This document shows, piece by piece, positions 18,015-26,890 of a stretch of 64,000 nt of DNA (position 1 is the first letter of the stretch; every line of letters begins with the position of its first letter). Source of the DNA: a virus (taxonomy: Duplodnaviria > Caudoviricetes); IMG/VR virus record IMGVR_UViG_3300006056_000027, positions 1 to 64,000 of that record; one strand, 5' to 3'. The notes beneath the pieces are model-generated. The model searched no databases. It was not told the origin of the DNA and saw nothing but the letters and a program-made list of their open reading frames with translations. The position numbers and the translations under genes were made by a program.

Positions 18015-18635
18015 ATGACAACTCCAACTCAAGAAGTTAAAAAAACCTTAACAGCCGTGGATCGTTCCACAAAGGCGTTAACAACTGCTGCTGAAACCGT
18101 TACTAAAGTAATTGGTGAACTTGGCGGAATTACTCAAACAGCTATTGCATTAGCTCAAGATATTGAATTCAAACAAAGTGAATTAAATGCCTTAGATGCA
18201 CAGTATGCTGTTAAAGAACGTGAACAAGTTGCTGAATTAGGCTTGCGCGTTAAAGAAAATGCTGATAAGGTTCTTGAAGCTCTTCTTAAAGAACGTAAAT
18301 TAGTAGCTGTTGCTCCAAGTGTAATCCCTGAATTACAAAGTGATTTAGTTAATGCTAAGGCTGCTACTGAATCTGCTGTAACTGAAGCTGTTAAAATTGA
18401 AACAGCTCGTTTGTCTGCTAGCTTAAATGCTCAATTGACTGCTAAAGATTCAGCCCATAAAGTTGAAACTGCAGAATTGAAAGCTACAAATGGTGCTTTA
18501 TCTGAACGTAATAGTTTTTTAACTACTCAGATTACTCAGTTGCAAAGTGAAATCCAGAAAGAACGTGATGCTCGTGTTAAGATTGCTGAAGCAGAATCTA
18601 AACAGCAAGGTGTCGTTGTTAACGCTGGTAAGTAA
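18015..18635 (+). CDS. Coiled-coil protein
   Basis: Heptad-rich 206 aa ORF with SD. Confidence 0.7.
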   Translation: MTTPTQEVKKTLTAVDRSTKALTTAAETVTKVIGELGGITQTAIALAQDIEFKQSELNALDAQYAVKEREQVAELGLRVKENADKVLEALLKERKLVAVAPSVIPELQSDLVNAKAATESAVTEAVKIETARLSASLNAQLTAKDSAHKVETAELKATNGALSERNSFLTTQITQLQSEIQKERDARVKIAEAESKQQGVVVNAGK

Positions 18636-18643
18636 TGTGTTTT

Positions 18644-18670
18644 GCCACATCTGAAAAGGTGTGGCTTTAT
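18644..18670 (+). terminator. Intrinsic terminator
   Basis: GCCACATC/GGTGTGGC stem plus T-rich tail. Confidence 0.55.
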
Positions 18671-18804
18671 TGTAGTGTGGTCCAGCGGTCAGGACGCCTA
18701 AATCTCTGTTTTTCAATTTATTACTCTTAGTTGTTGCAACAGATAACAGTTACTTCGCACTCATAAAGCGGGAGGCATTGGTTCGAATCCAATCACTACA
18801 TCCA
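18671..18804 (+). ncRNA. tRNA-like / permuted Y RNA chimera 4 (CCA end)
   Basis: TGTAGTG/CACTACA-T-CCA, D and T arms, GTTGCAA...GTTACTTC module, residual CTCATAA loop. Confidence 0.78.
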
Positions 18805-18826
18805 AATAGATAGATAATGTAATAAT

Positions 18827-18935
18827 GTGGCTGTGAAGGAATTGGTAGACTTGGGCGAATAAAAGCGTCCGTTGTGAATAACTCTGATAACAGACAATAT
18901 CAACAATGTAGGTTCGACTCCTACCAGCGACACCA
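18827..18935 (+). tRNA. Leu(TAA)-like tRNA with 8-nt loop and oversized variable arm
   Basis: Leu-type D loop GGAATTGGTAGAC, A73-CCA, ~35 nt variable region. Confidence 0.65.
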
Positions 18936-18950
18936 AACAAAGAGAACGTC

Positions 18951-19208
18951 ATGTCTAAATCTAATAGAGTAAAGTTCAAATGCCTTGATTGTTCTGTTGA
19001 TACAGGACGTATTTATGAGCATTATTTTATAGAAACAGAATTATGGCTTAGTGCAGTTGGATCAAAAACAGGAATGCTTTGCATTGGATGTCTTGAGAAA
19101 AGAATTGGTAGGAGATTGAAGCCTATTGATTTTCCAAAGGTGACTATAAACGATCCAAGAATGACAACGATGAGTTCTAGATTAATGTCTAGAATCTTAA
19201 AAGGCTAA
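18951..19208 (+). CDS. Small Zn-binding protein
   Basis: CLDC...LCIGCLE. Confidence 0.6.
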   Translation: MSKSNRVKFKCLDCSVDTGRIYEHYFIETELWLSAVGSKTGMLCIGCLEKRIGRRLKPIDFPKVTINDPRMTTMSSRLMSRILKG

Positions 19209-19514
19209 ATATGTTAGGTAAATATTCTGATATATGGAACGCCGTATTAGGCCCTGATAAGGTCACCATAGAAATTACTATGGATGTATTACAATTTGAT
19301 CCTGAAATTAAAGAGGATCAAGTTAACGACTCAGAGTATAGAACTAGGCGCACAGCGAGTGCGGTAGTGGCAGGAGATAGGGATTAGAGAACCCGAAAGC
19401 AATGCTTACAAAGAAGAAAAGGGCGCGCGCCTGAATGTATTCAGACCTAGTTTTGCAATCTATACTCGGAAATGCAGAGAGAAGGGCACTTTACCCCTAG
19501 AATACTGCAGATCT

Positions 19515-19597
19515 GCCCTGGTGACTTATGCAAATTGGCACAGCTACTGGTCTTAGAAGCCAGGTTTTTACGGGTTCGAGTCCCGTCTAGGGTACCA
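19515..19597 (+). tRNA. tRNA-Leu(TAG), atypical (short variable loop)
   Basis: Loop CTTAGAA, T arm, A73-CCA; extra nucleotides before the D arm. Confidence 0.75.
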
Positions 19598-19813
19598 CAT
19601 TAAATTGCTAGGATTGGCGTATCACCCAACCTAGTGTATGGTAAAGTATTTAGCTATTAGCTTTATATGGATACTGTTGATACAAAATATAAACGCCCTT
19701 CAATACCGACTTCTGGTGTTTATATTAATGATGAAGTCTGTTTAGTAGTACGCATATGTGCTGGTGAACAAATGGCATTCATCCCCAAAGAGCAATCTGT
19801 AAGGAGGAACCAA

Positions 19814-20164
19814 ATGATTAAATCGGCACTTTTGTGTCTAGCTCTGACAATATACCACGAATCTCGTGGAGAGCCTGTATCTGGCCAATATGCTGTTGCT
19901 GAAGTAGTAGTCAATAGATCTCAAGAAAGAAACCTTTCTATATGTGATGTTGTCTATGAAAAGAATCAGTTTAGCTGGGTTAAAGCTCATAATAGTATTC
20001 CATCAAATGAAGTATTTAATAAATCACTTCAGATTGCCGATGATGTTTTGAATAAAGGATCAGTTACTAATTATAGTAAGGGTTCTAATTATTTTAAACA
20101 ATCGCGTCTTGCGAATAGTAAGAATAATATTAAGGCAAGAATAGGCGGTCATATATTTTACTAG
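19814..20164 (+). CDS. Cell wall hydrolase (SleB/Hydrolase_2)
   Basis: CLALTIYHESRGE...AVAEVVVNR...QFSW...IGGHIFY; SD AAGGAGG. Confidence 0.88.
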   Translation: MIKSALLCLALTIYHESRGEPVSGQYAVAEVVVNRSQERNLSICDVVYEKNQFSWVKAHNSIPSNEVFNKSLQIADDVLNKGSVTNYSKGSNYFKQSRLANSKNNIKARIGGHIFY

Positions 20165-20174
20165 GAGTAGTAAT

Positions 20175-20534
20175 ATGTCACATTCTTATAAACACACACC
20201 TATTATTGGTTATACATGTGCTGAAACTGAAAAACTTGATAAGCGCATTTGGAATTCCAGATTACGTGCTCATGAGAGAGATAGGTTAAAGCAGATACGT
20301 TTATATCGTGATTATTCAGATCAGGAAAAAATAGTTAGTCGCCTTGAAGGAGGTGATGAATACTGTGAATGCTGGTTATGTAATTATGGTATCAACTTTT
20401 ATGAGCATGACGGTGGTGATCACTTAACTACGCTACTGAGAGAAGTCTCAAGTGTGTGGGAAGGTGCTAAAGATGGTAAAATGTATTGTTCTCCTAAAAG
20501 TCCTAATTTTGATCCTAAGTGGATTAGAAAATAA
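20175..20534 (+). CDS. Hypothetical protein
   Basis: ORF with SD AGGAG. Confidence 0.6.
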   Translation: MSHSYKHTPIIGYTCAETEKLDKRIWNSRLRAHERDRLKQIRLYRDYSDQEKIVSRLEGGDEYCECWLCNYGINFYEHDGGDHLTTLLREVSSVWEGAKDGKMYCSPKSPNFDPKWIRK

Positions 20535-20579
20535 ACTTGACGATATCCTAGTGTAACTGCTAGGATATTAACTTCTAAT

Positions 20580-20655
20580 GCGGGTATAGTATAAAGGCTA
20601 TTATGCTGTTCTTCCAAATCAGAGACGTGGGTTCGACGTCCCACTACCCGCTCCA
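20580..20655 (+). tRNA. tRNA-Gly(TCC)
   Basis: GCGGGTA/TACCCGC-T-CCA, loop CTTCCAA. Confidence 0.9.
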
Positions 20656-20661
20656 ATTTTT

Positions 20662-20997
20662 ATGGTTACTATTATGGATAGTAAATTATATTATGAATGT
20701 CATGTTACTGTTGAACCAGTATTTGACGAACAGTTAGTAAATTTAAAAACTATTGCCAGATCATTTGGCTTTAGGGTCGCATCTCTTTTGATGCAGAAAC
20801 GTGCAGAAGATAGTCCTGAAAGATCTAAGTATGATACTTTTATGACTGCAACTGCTAAAAACTATGAAAATCTTCAAGAATCTATGATCCAACTTATTAA
20901 AGCTTTACAAGTAGCTCGTTATACAGTTTGGCGTTATAAGATTGAAGATACTGTAATAGATAGTAGAATAGAAGATCCGCTCGGACTTCTTAAATGA
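20662..20997 (+). CDS. Hypothetical protein
   Basis: YECHVT...RYKIE pattern. Confidence 0.6.
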   Translation: MVTIMDSKLYYECHVTVEPVFDEQLVNLKTIARSFGFRVASLLMQKRAEDSPERSKYDTFMTATAKNYENLQESMIQLIKALQVARYTVWRYKIEDTVIDSRIEDPLGLLK

Positions 20998-21038
20998 ATG
21001 CCGATTATTTTCTAATTCTTGTTCCGTTGCCTTTATTT

Positions 21039-21114
21039 GCTACCTTAGCTCAATTGGCAGAGCAATCGTTTTGTAAGCGATAGGTTGTCCGTTCAATTCG
21101 GACAGGTAGCACCA
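21039..21114 (+). tRNA. tRNA-Thr(TGT)
   Basis: Loop TTTGTAA, CCA. Confidence 0.92.
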
Positions 21115-21119
21115 AATAT

Positions 21120-21206
21120 GGAGAATGCTGAGGTTGGCTCCTCACACAGTCTTGAAAACTGTAGTAACGTATCCCGTTAATAGTTCGATGCTATCATTCT
21201 CCGCCA
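21120..21206 (+). tRNA. tRNA-Ser(TGA)
   Basis: Loop CTTGAAA, variable arm, G73-CCA. Confidence 0.88.
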
Positions 21207-21220
21207 TTTCCCCAATCAAT

Positions 21221-21307
21221 GCTCGTGTCGTCTAGCGGTCCAGGACAACGCCCTTTCAAGGCGTGGTGTTTATCACCTCGTGGGTTCAAATCCCATCACG
21301 AGTACCA
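21221..21307 (+). tRNA. tRNA-Glu(TTC), long variable arm
   Basis: Loop CTTTCAA, GGTG/CACC extra stem, CCA. Confidence 0.88.
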
Positions 21308-21323
21308 AATTCTTTTAAATTAT

Positions 21324-21962
21324 ATGTCAAATTATTCTGATAATAAAAAACTCCTTGTAATAAACTTACATGGTGGTCCAGGTTGTGGTAAAAGTACCAC
21401 GGCTGCTAGATTGTTTTGTCTCCTAAATATTATGGGATACAAAGTTGAATTAGTAACAGAATATGCCAAAGATCTTGTCTATTCAGATAGAGTTAAACAA
21501 CTCTCAGAACAAGATTATCTATTTGCAAAACAAAACCAACGCTTACGTAGATTGGTTGATAAAGTTGATATCGTTATTACTGATTCATCCTTAATTAATT
21601 CTATTGTATATACTCCAGAAAACTTTCCTTCTTCGTTTCCTTTATTCGTTAAAGAAGTTTATGACAGCTATACAAATATTAATGTTCTTATCAACAGAAA
21701 TCATGCATATAAAAATTATGGCCGTGTTCAAAATGAATCAGAAGCCGTAATCCTACACAAAAAGATATCTCAATGTCTTTATGATTTAGGAATTAAATGT
21801 ACTTCATTTAAAACTTCAGATTCTATAGCACAAGATATTTTTAATCATCTAAAGACTAATTCAGATTTTAGAAATGTCCCCACAATCCAAACACAATCCG
21901 CCAATGCAGTTATTAAAAGAAGCATTAATTGGATTAAAAACCAGTATAAGTCTTTATTCTAA
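21324..21962 (+). CDS. P-loop kinase/ATPase (NadR/AAA_28-like)
   Basis: GGPGCGKST, ELVTEYAK, VITDS; start moved downstream of tRNA-Glu. Confidence 0.78.
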   Translation: MSNYSDNKKLLVINLHGGPGCGKSTTAARLFCLLNIMGYKVELVTEYAKDLVYSDRVKQLSEQDYLFAKQNQRLRRLVDKVDIVITDSSLINSIVYTPENFPSSFPLFVKEVYDSYTNINVLINRNHAYKNYGRVQNESEAVILHKKISQCLYDLGIKCTSFKTSDSIAQDIFNHLKTNSDFRNVPTIQTQSANAVIKRSINWIKNQYKSLF

Positions 21963-22143
21963 AGATATAGATCCTGAGTCTATGCCTTTTGATCATCTTG
22001 ATATTATTAAATCTAAATATCTTGTATGTAAGGCTTATATTGATATGTTGAAATGTTTAAACCTATATATCGTAGCTATGCTAGAAGTAGAAGAATCTAT
22101 TTCCGTAGTTATAAACAAATTCTCTCCACACTGGTAAAATAAA

Positions 22144-22812
22144 ATGTCTAATTTTCTATCTCGTCTTGGTCGTACCATTGTAGGTGCTGCTAATAAAGTT
22201 GTAAGTAAAATTGAAGATCCTGTAGCTTCTGCTAAGGTCATTGTTGAGCAAATGGATGAACGTATCCAAACTGCCAATCAAGCTCTTGTAAGAACTATGG
22301 CTCGTCGCAAGATCGTTAAGGCCGACCTAGATACTGCTAATGCAGAAGTTTCTAAATGGTCTGATAATGTTCGCAAGGCTAATGACAAAGGTCAAGCCGA
22401 ACTTGTTCAACAATGTTTAGCTAAAGTTAAGTCTGCTAAGACTCAAGTTGATATGTTTCAAAGTCAACTAAATGAATTAAATGCCGCTATTGCTGGTACT
22501 GAAAAACAAATTCAAGAAGCCGAACATAATCGTGCAAATGCTTTAAATGGCGTACAGATTATGGAATCACAGATGTTTACTGCAGAAGCTAAGATGGCTG
22601 CTGTTGAAGCGTCTTCGGCTACAAATGTTAGTGAGCTATCTGGTGAGATGGCAAGATTGCAAGATAGTATTAGAGTAAGAACTGCTAATGCTGATGCTGC
22701 AATTGAATTGGCTCAGAATAAAACTGGTCAAGATTTAGAAAATCAAATGGCGGCATTGGATACTGATTCAGACGATGCCTTATTAAATAGTATCTTGGGT
22801 AAAGCCGCATAA
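22144..22812 (+). CDS. pspA: PspA/IM30 family protein
   Basis: MSNFLSRL...KIEDP N-terminus and long coiled coil. Confidence 0.82.
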   Translation: MSNFLSRLGRTIVGAANKVVSKIEDPVASAKVIVEQMDERIQTANQALVRTMARRKIVKADLDTANAEVSKWSDNVRKANDKGQAELVQQCLAKVKSAKTQVDMFQSQLNELNAAIAGTEKQIQEAEHNRANALNGVQIMESQMFTAEAKMAAVEASSATNVSELSGEMARLQDSIRVRTANADAAIELAQNKTGQDLENQMAALDTDSDDALLNSILGKAA

Positions 22813-23471
22813 TGAACCGTCTATACATTTTTTTACTTGTACTATGTATGAGTTTCTCTGCCTATGCGAAAGTCTATCAGCCGTATGAAGTAAAAGAAGC
22901 TATAGATAAAAAGGATTGGCCAGCTGCTGAAAAAATGCTTAAAGAAAGTATTGATGATCCTGACCAAGGTTGGAGTATTAAAGATTCTTATCGTATTAAC
23001 CGCTGGATGGAACAAGTCTTAGTAGAGCAGGGTAAAATTAATCAATCTACCTACTACAAAGATAGAGCAATTACTATTAAGAAGCGTAGAGAGAATGAAG
23101 AAGGCGGAAGCTTCTTTGGGTTTTTAAAATTCTTATTTATGGTTGTTGCTACTATTTCTCTTTTTGTTTTTGGTAAAAAATATTTTGAGAAACGTAAAGA
23201 TAGACAAAATATTGTTGATTTTAAAAACAATAATCTTGGTAAAGCTATTGCTGCTTCGTCTTTGATTGATGAAATCTTGATTGATATTAATCTTGGAACT
23301 ATTCCTACTCCGTCTAAAAATAGAATACAAGAACTTCAAGAAATGAGAACTCATGCTCTTGATGCTATTCAATTGCTTTCTTCGTCTTCTTTAGATGTCG
23401 ATGCAGATTCTATTAATCACTTCTTCAAAGATATCCGTGAAATTGGTGAGCGTTATGAAAAAACTTTCTAA
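22812..23471 (+). CDS. Membrane protein with signal peptide
   Basis: N-terminal signal, central TM helix. Confidence 0.6.
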   Translation: MNRLYIFLLVLCMSFSAYAKVYQPYEVKEAIDKKDWPAAEKMLKESIDDPDQGWSIKDSYRINRWMEQVLVEQGKINQSTYYKDRAITIKKRRENEEGGSFFGFLKFLFMVVATISLFVFGKKYFEKRKDRQNIVDFKNNNLGKAIAASSLIDEILIDINLGTIPTPSKNRIQELQEMRTHALDAIQLLSSSSLDVDADSINHFFKDIREIGERYEKTF

Positions 23472-24087
23472 TCTTGTCCTATGTATTGCTTTGGCTTTAT
23501 CTACGCCTCTTGCAGAGGCTGGTTATCGAAGCACTTCTAAATCCAGCTCTTATAAAAGCAGCTCATTTAGCAAGAGCAGTAAAAGTAGTGGCTCTAATTA
23601 TAAGAGTCCATCATTCTCAAGTTCTAAACCCTATGCAGCTAGTGTTTCAAAACCTAGTTATAAATCGAGTATAAATTATGGGATATCATCACAGCCATCA
23701 GTCGCAAAAGTTAAACCAGCAAAAAAGAAAGACTATTATGCATCCTCTAGATCGGGATTATATGATAGTCGCAATTATCGTAATGATAGCAATCGTAACA
23801 GCAGTAATACTGACCATTTAGTTAATGCTGTTGCTGCTGCGATGATTGTTTCTTCAATTAATAATGCAACTGCTGCACCTGTTCCACAAGTAGTAGTAGT
23901 TCAAGCTCCTGCTGAGGTAAAACCGATTCAAGCTCCTACGCAACCTGTTACTGTTAAAGATATTCCCAATTTGGCTCAAGCTAGTAGTCCACCTCCGCCA
24001 CCTCCTGTAAGACGTGTAAAGTCTTTTGATTTTGGTGAGACTGGTCAACCTGACTGTTCTCCATCTACTAAATGGTCTTGTGAGTAA
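23455..24087 (+). CDS. Secreted Ser/Pro-rich low-complexity protein
   Basis: Signal peptide AEA, Ser-Lys and Pro-rich tracts. Confidence 0.6.
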   Translation: MKKLSNLVLCIALALSTPLAEAGYRSTSKSSSYKSSSFSKSSKSSGSNYKSPSFSSSKPYAASVSKPSYKSSINYGISSQPSVAKVKPAKKKDYYASSRSGLYDSRNYRNDSNRNSSNTDHLVNAVAAAMIVSSINNATAAPVPQVVVVQAPAEVKPIQAPTQPVTVKDIPNLAQASSPPPPPPVRRVKSFDFGETGQPDCSPSTKWSCE

Positions 24088-24431
24088 TGAATCATTACAC
24101 TACGCAGTTTCAATTAGTATTTTATACCAAAAAGGAATTGCCTTACTTTGCCGATAAGTGGTTAAGTTTTTATAATTACTACATTATAATTCCTAAAGGC
24201 TATTCTTGGAATGGATACTTTTCTGATCATCCTTTCTTAGTTCTTAATGCTTTATATCAATATGCTGGTATGCATCATATGACTAGGCACATGGTTGATT
24301 TAATGTTCTTAGAACAAATGTATTGTTATAAGTTTAAGTTGGCTAAGTTATTTTATGTTGGAGTAAGACTTTTTGGACTTTATGCTTGGCAAAGATGCGT
24401 TAAAGAAAATGAGGCTAGGAAACATTCCTAA
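24087..24431 (+). CDS. DUF1353-like protein
   Basis: IIPKGYSWNG...ALYQ...DLMFLE...YVGVRLFG. Confidence 0.5.
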   Translation: MNHYTTQFQLVFYTKKELPYFADKWLSFYNYYIIIPKGYSWNGYFSDHPFLVLNALYQYAGMHHMTRHMVDLMFLEQMYCYKFKLAKLFYVGVRLFGLYAWQRCVKENEARKHS

Positions 24432-24573
24432 ACTTCCCAGTATTCCTGATGATGTTTTAAAGGATGACAAACCTGCCTCGCAATGCATGACATGTGGACG
24501 CTTTGTGTATAAATCTGATGCATATTTTTGTGTCAGAGATCCTTGTCCCATAAATGTAAAAACGAGACTTTAA

Positions 24574-25005
24574 ATGTTATACGAAAAAATTAAAGAAGAT
24601 GTTCTTATTGCAAGAAAATCTTCGTCAACTAATACTGTCGTTCGCGATCTATTAGTCACATTATTATCAGATCTTTCTATGATAGAAAAGAATACTGGTA
24701 CTGCCCCATCTGATATTCAAGTCTATGCTTTAATTAAAAAGTATTTAGACAACAACGTTGAGTTTCAAGGATTCAATCCTGATGCTGCAACTCTTGATAA
24801 GCTGACTGCAGAAGCAAATATTCTTAAAGGATATATGCCTCAACAAATGTCTGATACTCAGATGGATTTAATTATTACCGACTTTACTAAAGATAGCGTT
24901 GTATCTATTGGTCAAATTATGGCTCATTTTAAAATGAATTATAGCGGACAATATGATGGCAAAGTCTTATCTAATAAGGTCAAATCAACCTTAGGACTTA
25001 AATAA
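24574..25005 (+). CDS. GatB/YqeY domain protein
   Basis: IKEDVLIARK...EANILKGYMPQQMS...GQYDGK. Confidence 0.82.
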   Translation: MLYEKIKEDVLIARKSSSTNTVVRDLLVTLLSDLSMIEKNTGTAPSDIQVYALIKKYLDNNVEFQGFNPDAATLDKLTAEANILKGYMPQQMSDTQMDLIITDFTKDSVVSIGQIMAHFKMNYSGQYDGKVLSNKVKSTLGLK

Positions 25006-25589
25006 TGGATGATAACCAAAAAGATAAGATTATTAATATCTTGTTTCTATTAGATAGTAGCGGCTCAATGTCTGGTACTAAACAGGCTGCGATTGATGGC
25101 TTTAATCAATTCTTGACTTCTCAAAAAGAAGTACCTGGCTTAGCCGAATTAACTTTAACCACCTTTAGTAATAGATCTGTTAAGGTATTGGATAAGGCCG
25201 ATATTATTACTGCCACTTCATTGAATGTGTTTTCCTATAATCCTAGTGGTGGAACTGCATTGTTTGATGCCATTGGCGATATTATTGTAGAAAATATTGG
25301 AAGCGGAAGAAAAACCATTCTTGCAATCTTAACCGATGGTGAAGAAAATCAAAGTACGCGTTATAACAAAGAACGTATTTCTGATTTGATTAAAAACGTT
25401 CAAGATAATCTTGGATGGGAAGTAACTTTCTTGGGCGCAAATATTGCTAACTTTAGAGACTTCACTCGTTCTCTCAATATGAGAGATGATTTATCAACTG
25501 CGTTTGTATCTGATAATGCTGGCATTGCAAAAAGTTTAGCTGGCAATATTGGTTGTACTGTAACAAATTACAGACATATGCACGGTTAA
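25005..25589 (+). CDS. vWA domain protein
   Basis: MIDAS DSSGSM, GGTALFDA, TDGEEN. Confidence 0.88.
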   Translation: MDDNQKDKIINILFLLDSSGSMSGTKQAAIDGFNQFLTSQKEVPGLAELTLTTFSNRSVKVLDKADIITATSLNVFSYNPSGGTALFDAIGDIIVENIGSGRKTILAILTDGEENQSTRYNKERISDLIKNVQDNLGWEVTFLGANIANFRDFTRSLNMRDDLSTAFVSDNAGIAKSLAGNIGCTVTNYRHMHG

Positions 25590-25607
25590 TTAATTGGAGA
25601 CAACATC

Positions 25608-26273
25608 ATGCAACCATATGTATATAACAATTTTGAAAGTGCTGTTTTAGTTCTTTTCAACACCATTGCCTTTAGACCTAAAGAAAGTGTTCTTAAGGCT
25701 CTATGGTTTGCAGAGAAAATGCATACAGGGCAAAAGCGTAAATACACTAATGAAGATTATATTATTCATCCTGTATTTGTTGCTAATCTTGTAGCTAAGT
25801 ATCTTATATCTATTGAAGAATATGAAGAAGATATGATTTGTGCTGCATTATTGCATGATGTTGTCGAAGACTGTGGTGTATCTTTAGATGATATTAGAAG
25901 CCTATTTGGTGATAATGTTACTAATTTAGTTCACTGGTTAACTTCGCCTTCCAAATGGTTTTATGGATCAAGAGCTATTAAAAAGCATATTGATTCACAC
26001 TTCTTTATGATTGCGCCTGTAGAGGCTGTAATTATTAAGTTGTGCGATATCATTGACAATACTAAGTCTATAGAGTTTTTTGATTCTGCATTTGCTACTA
26101 GATACTATGCAGAAAAGAAATCCTTTATTAACAATATTGGTGCTTTCAGTGGAATTGTTCCAGTCATAGCTCCTAGTCAGGCCAATCACATTATTTTATT
26201 AGAATTAGCTGATAAATTAAAAGATACCGTATTTGGAATTATTGACAAAGATGGATCAACAAATACTAAGTAA
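25608..26273 (+). CDS. HD-domain hydrolase (SpoT/Mesh1-like alarmone hydrolase)
   Basis: HTGQKRK...YIIHP...AALLHDVVED...IKLCDIIDN. Confidence 0.85.
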   Translation: MQPYVYNNFESAVLVLFNTIAFRPKESVLKALWFAEKMHTGQKRKYTNEDYIIHPVFVANLVAKYLISIEEYEEDMICAALLHDVVEDCGVSLDDIRSLFGDNVTNLVHWLTSPSKWFYGSRAIKKHIDSHFFMIAPVEAVIIKLCDIIDNTKSIEFFDSAFATRYYAEKKSFINNIGAFSGIVPVIAPSQANHIILLELADKLKDTVFGIIDKDGSTNTK

Positions 26274-26691
26274 AGCTGCTTCAGAGGCTCTAAATGCCTT
26301 TTTACGCCGTTTACTAGACCGAAATGCATATTCACACCTTTATGCTTATAAAGCGTTTAATGGGGCTCCTGTAGCGTTTATAGGGCCTCATTGGGAAGAT
26401 GTAGATTTTACTAAAACCTATTGCCATATTGCAGTAGTTGAAAAAACCAGAGATGGTAAACCTCTAAACAAAAGATATGTCGGATTTAATGAATCAATCG
26501 AATATGAAGATTATCCTTACTATACAGCTAAGGGTGATGATTGGAATCAAGTTAAATACTATCTTGCTCTAATTCATAAAGAATGTAATGCAAAGAATCC
26601 AGACTCTGTTGTCATAGATGATCTGTTCCTTCTACTAGATAAACTTCTGGTAGATCTATCTTATAAATATGAAATCGTGAGTGATTTATGA
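26251..26691 (+). CDS. Hypothetical protein
   Basis: ORF overlapping its neighbours in the operon. Confidence 0.55.
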   Translation: MDQQILSKAASEALNAFLRRLLDRNAYSHLYAYKAFNGAPVAFIGPHWEDVDFTKTYCHIAVVEKTRDGKPLNKRYVGFNESIEYEDYPYYTAKGDDWNQVKYYLALIHKECNAKNPDSVVIDDLFLLLDKLLVDLSYKYEIVSDL

Positions 26692-26890
26692 TTCGTCAGT
26701 GTACATGTATCCATAAAGGCCAAGACAGTCTGCATGGTAAAGGGATGAGAGTATTCAACCCAACAAATAAAGGGCTTCGTTGTACAGTATGTGCTTGCAA
26801 CGTTGTTGATAATGAATTGACTAAGGCTAATGCTAAAGCTGAAAAGGCTAGTGCTAAAGCTAAAGCTAAGTAATAAAGAAGGTAAAATTT

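Noticed and set aside
6094-18804. tRNA introns as the explanation for the inserts in the four chimeric genes
   Set aside because: Inserts are too short for self-splicing introns, show no clear bulge-helix-bulge, and share a motif with a stand-alone non-tRNA element.
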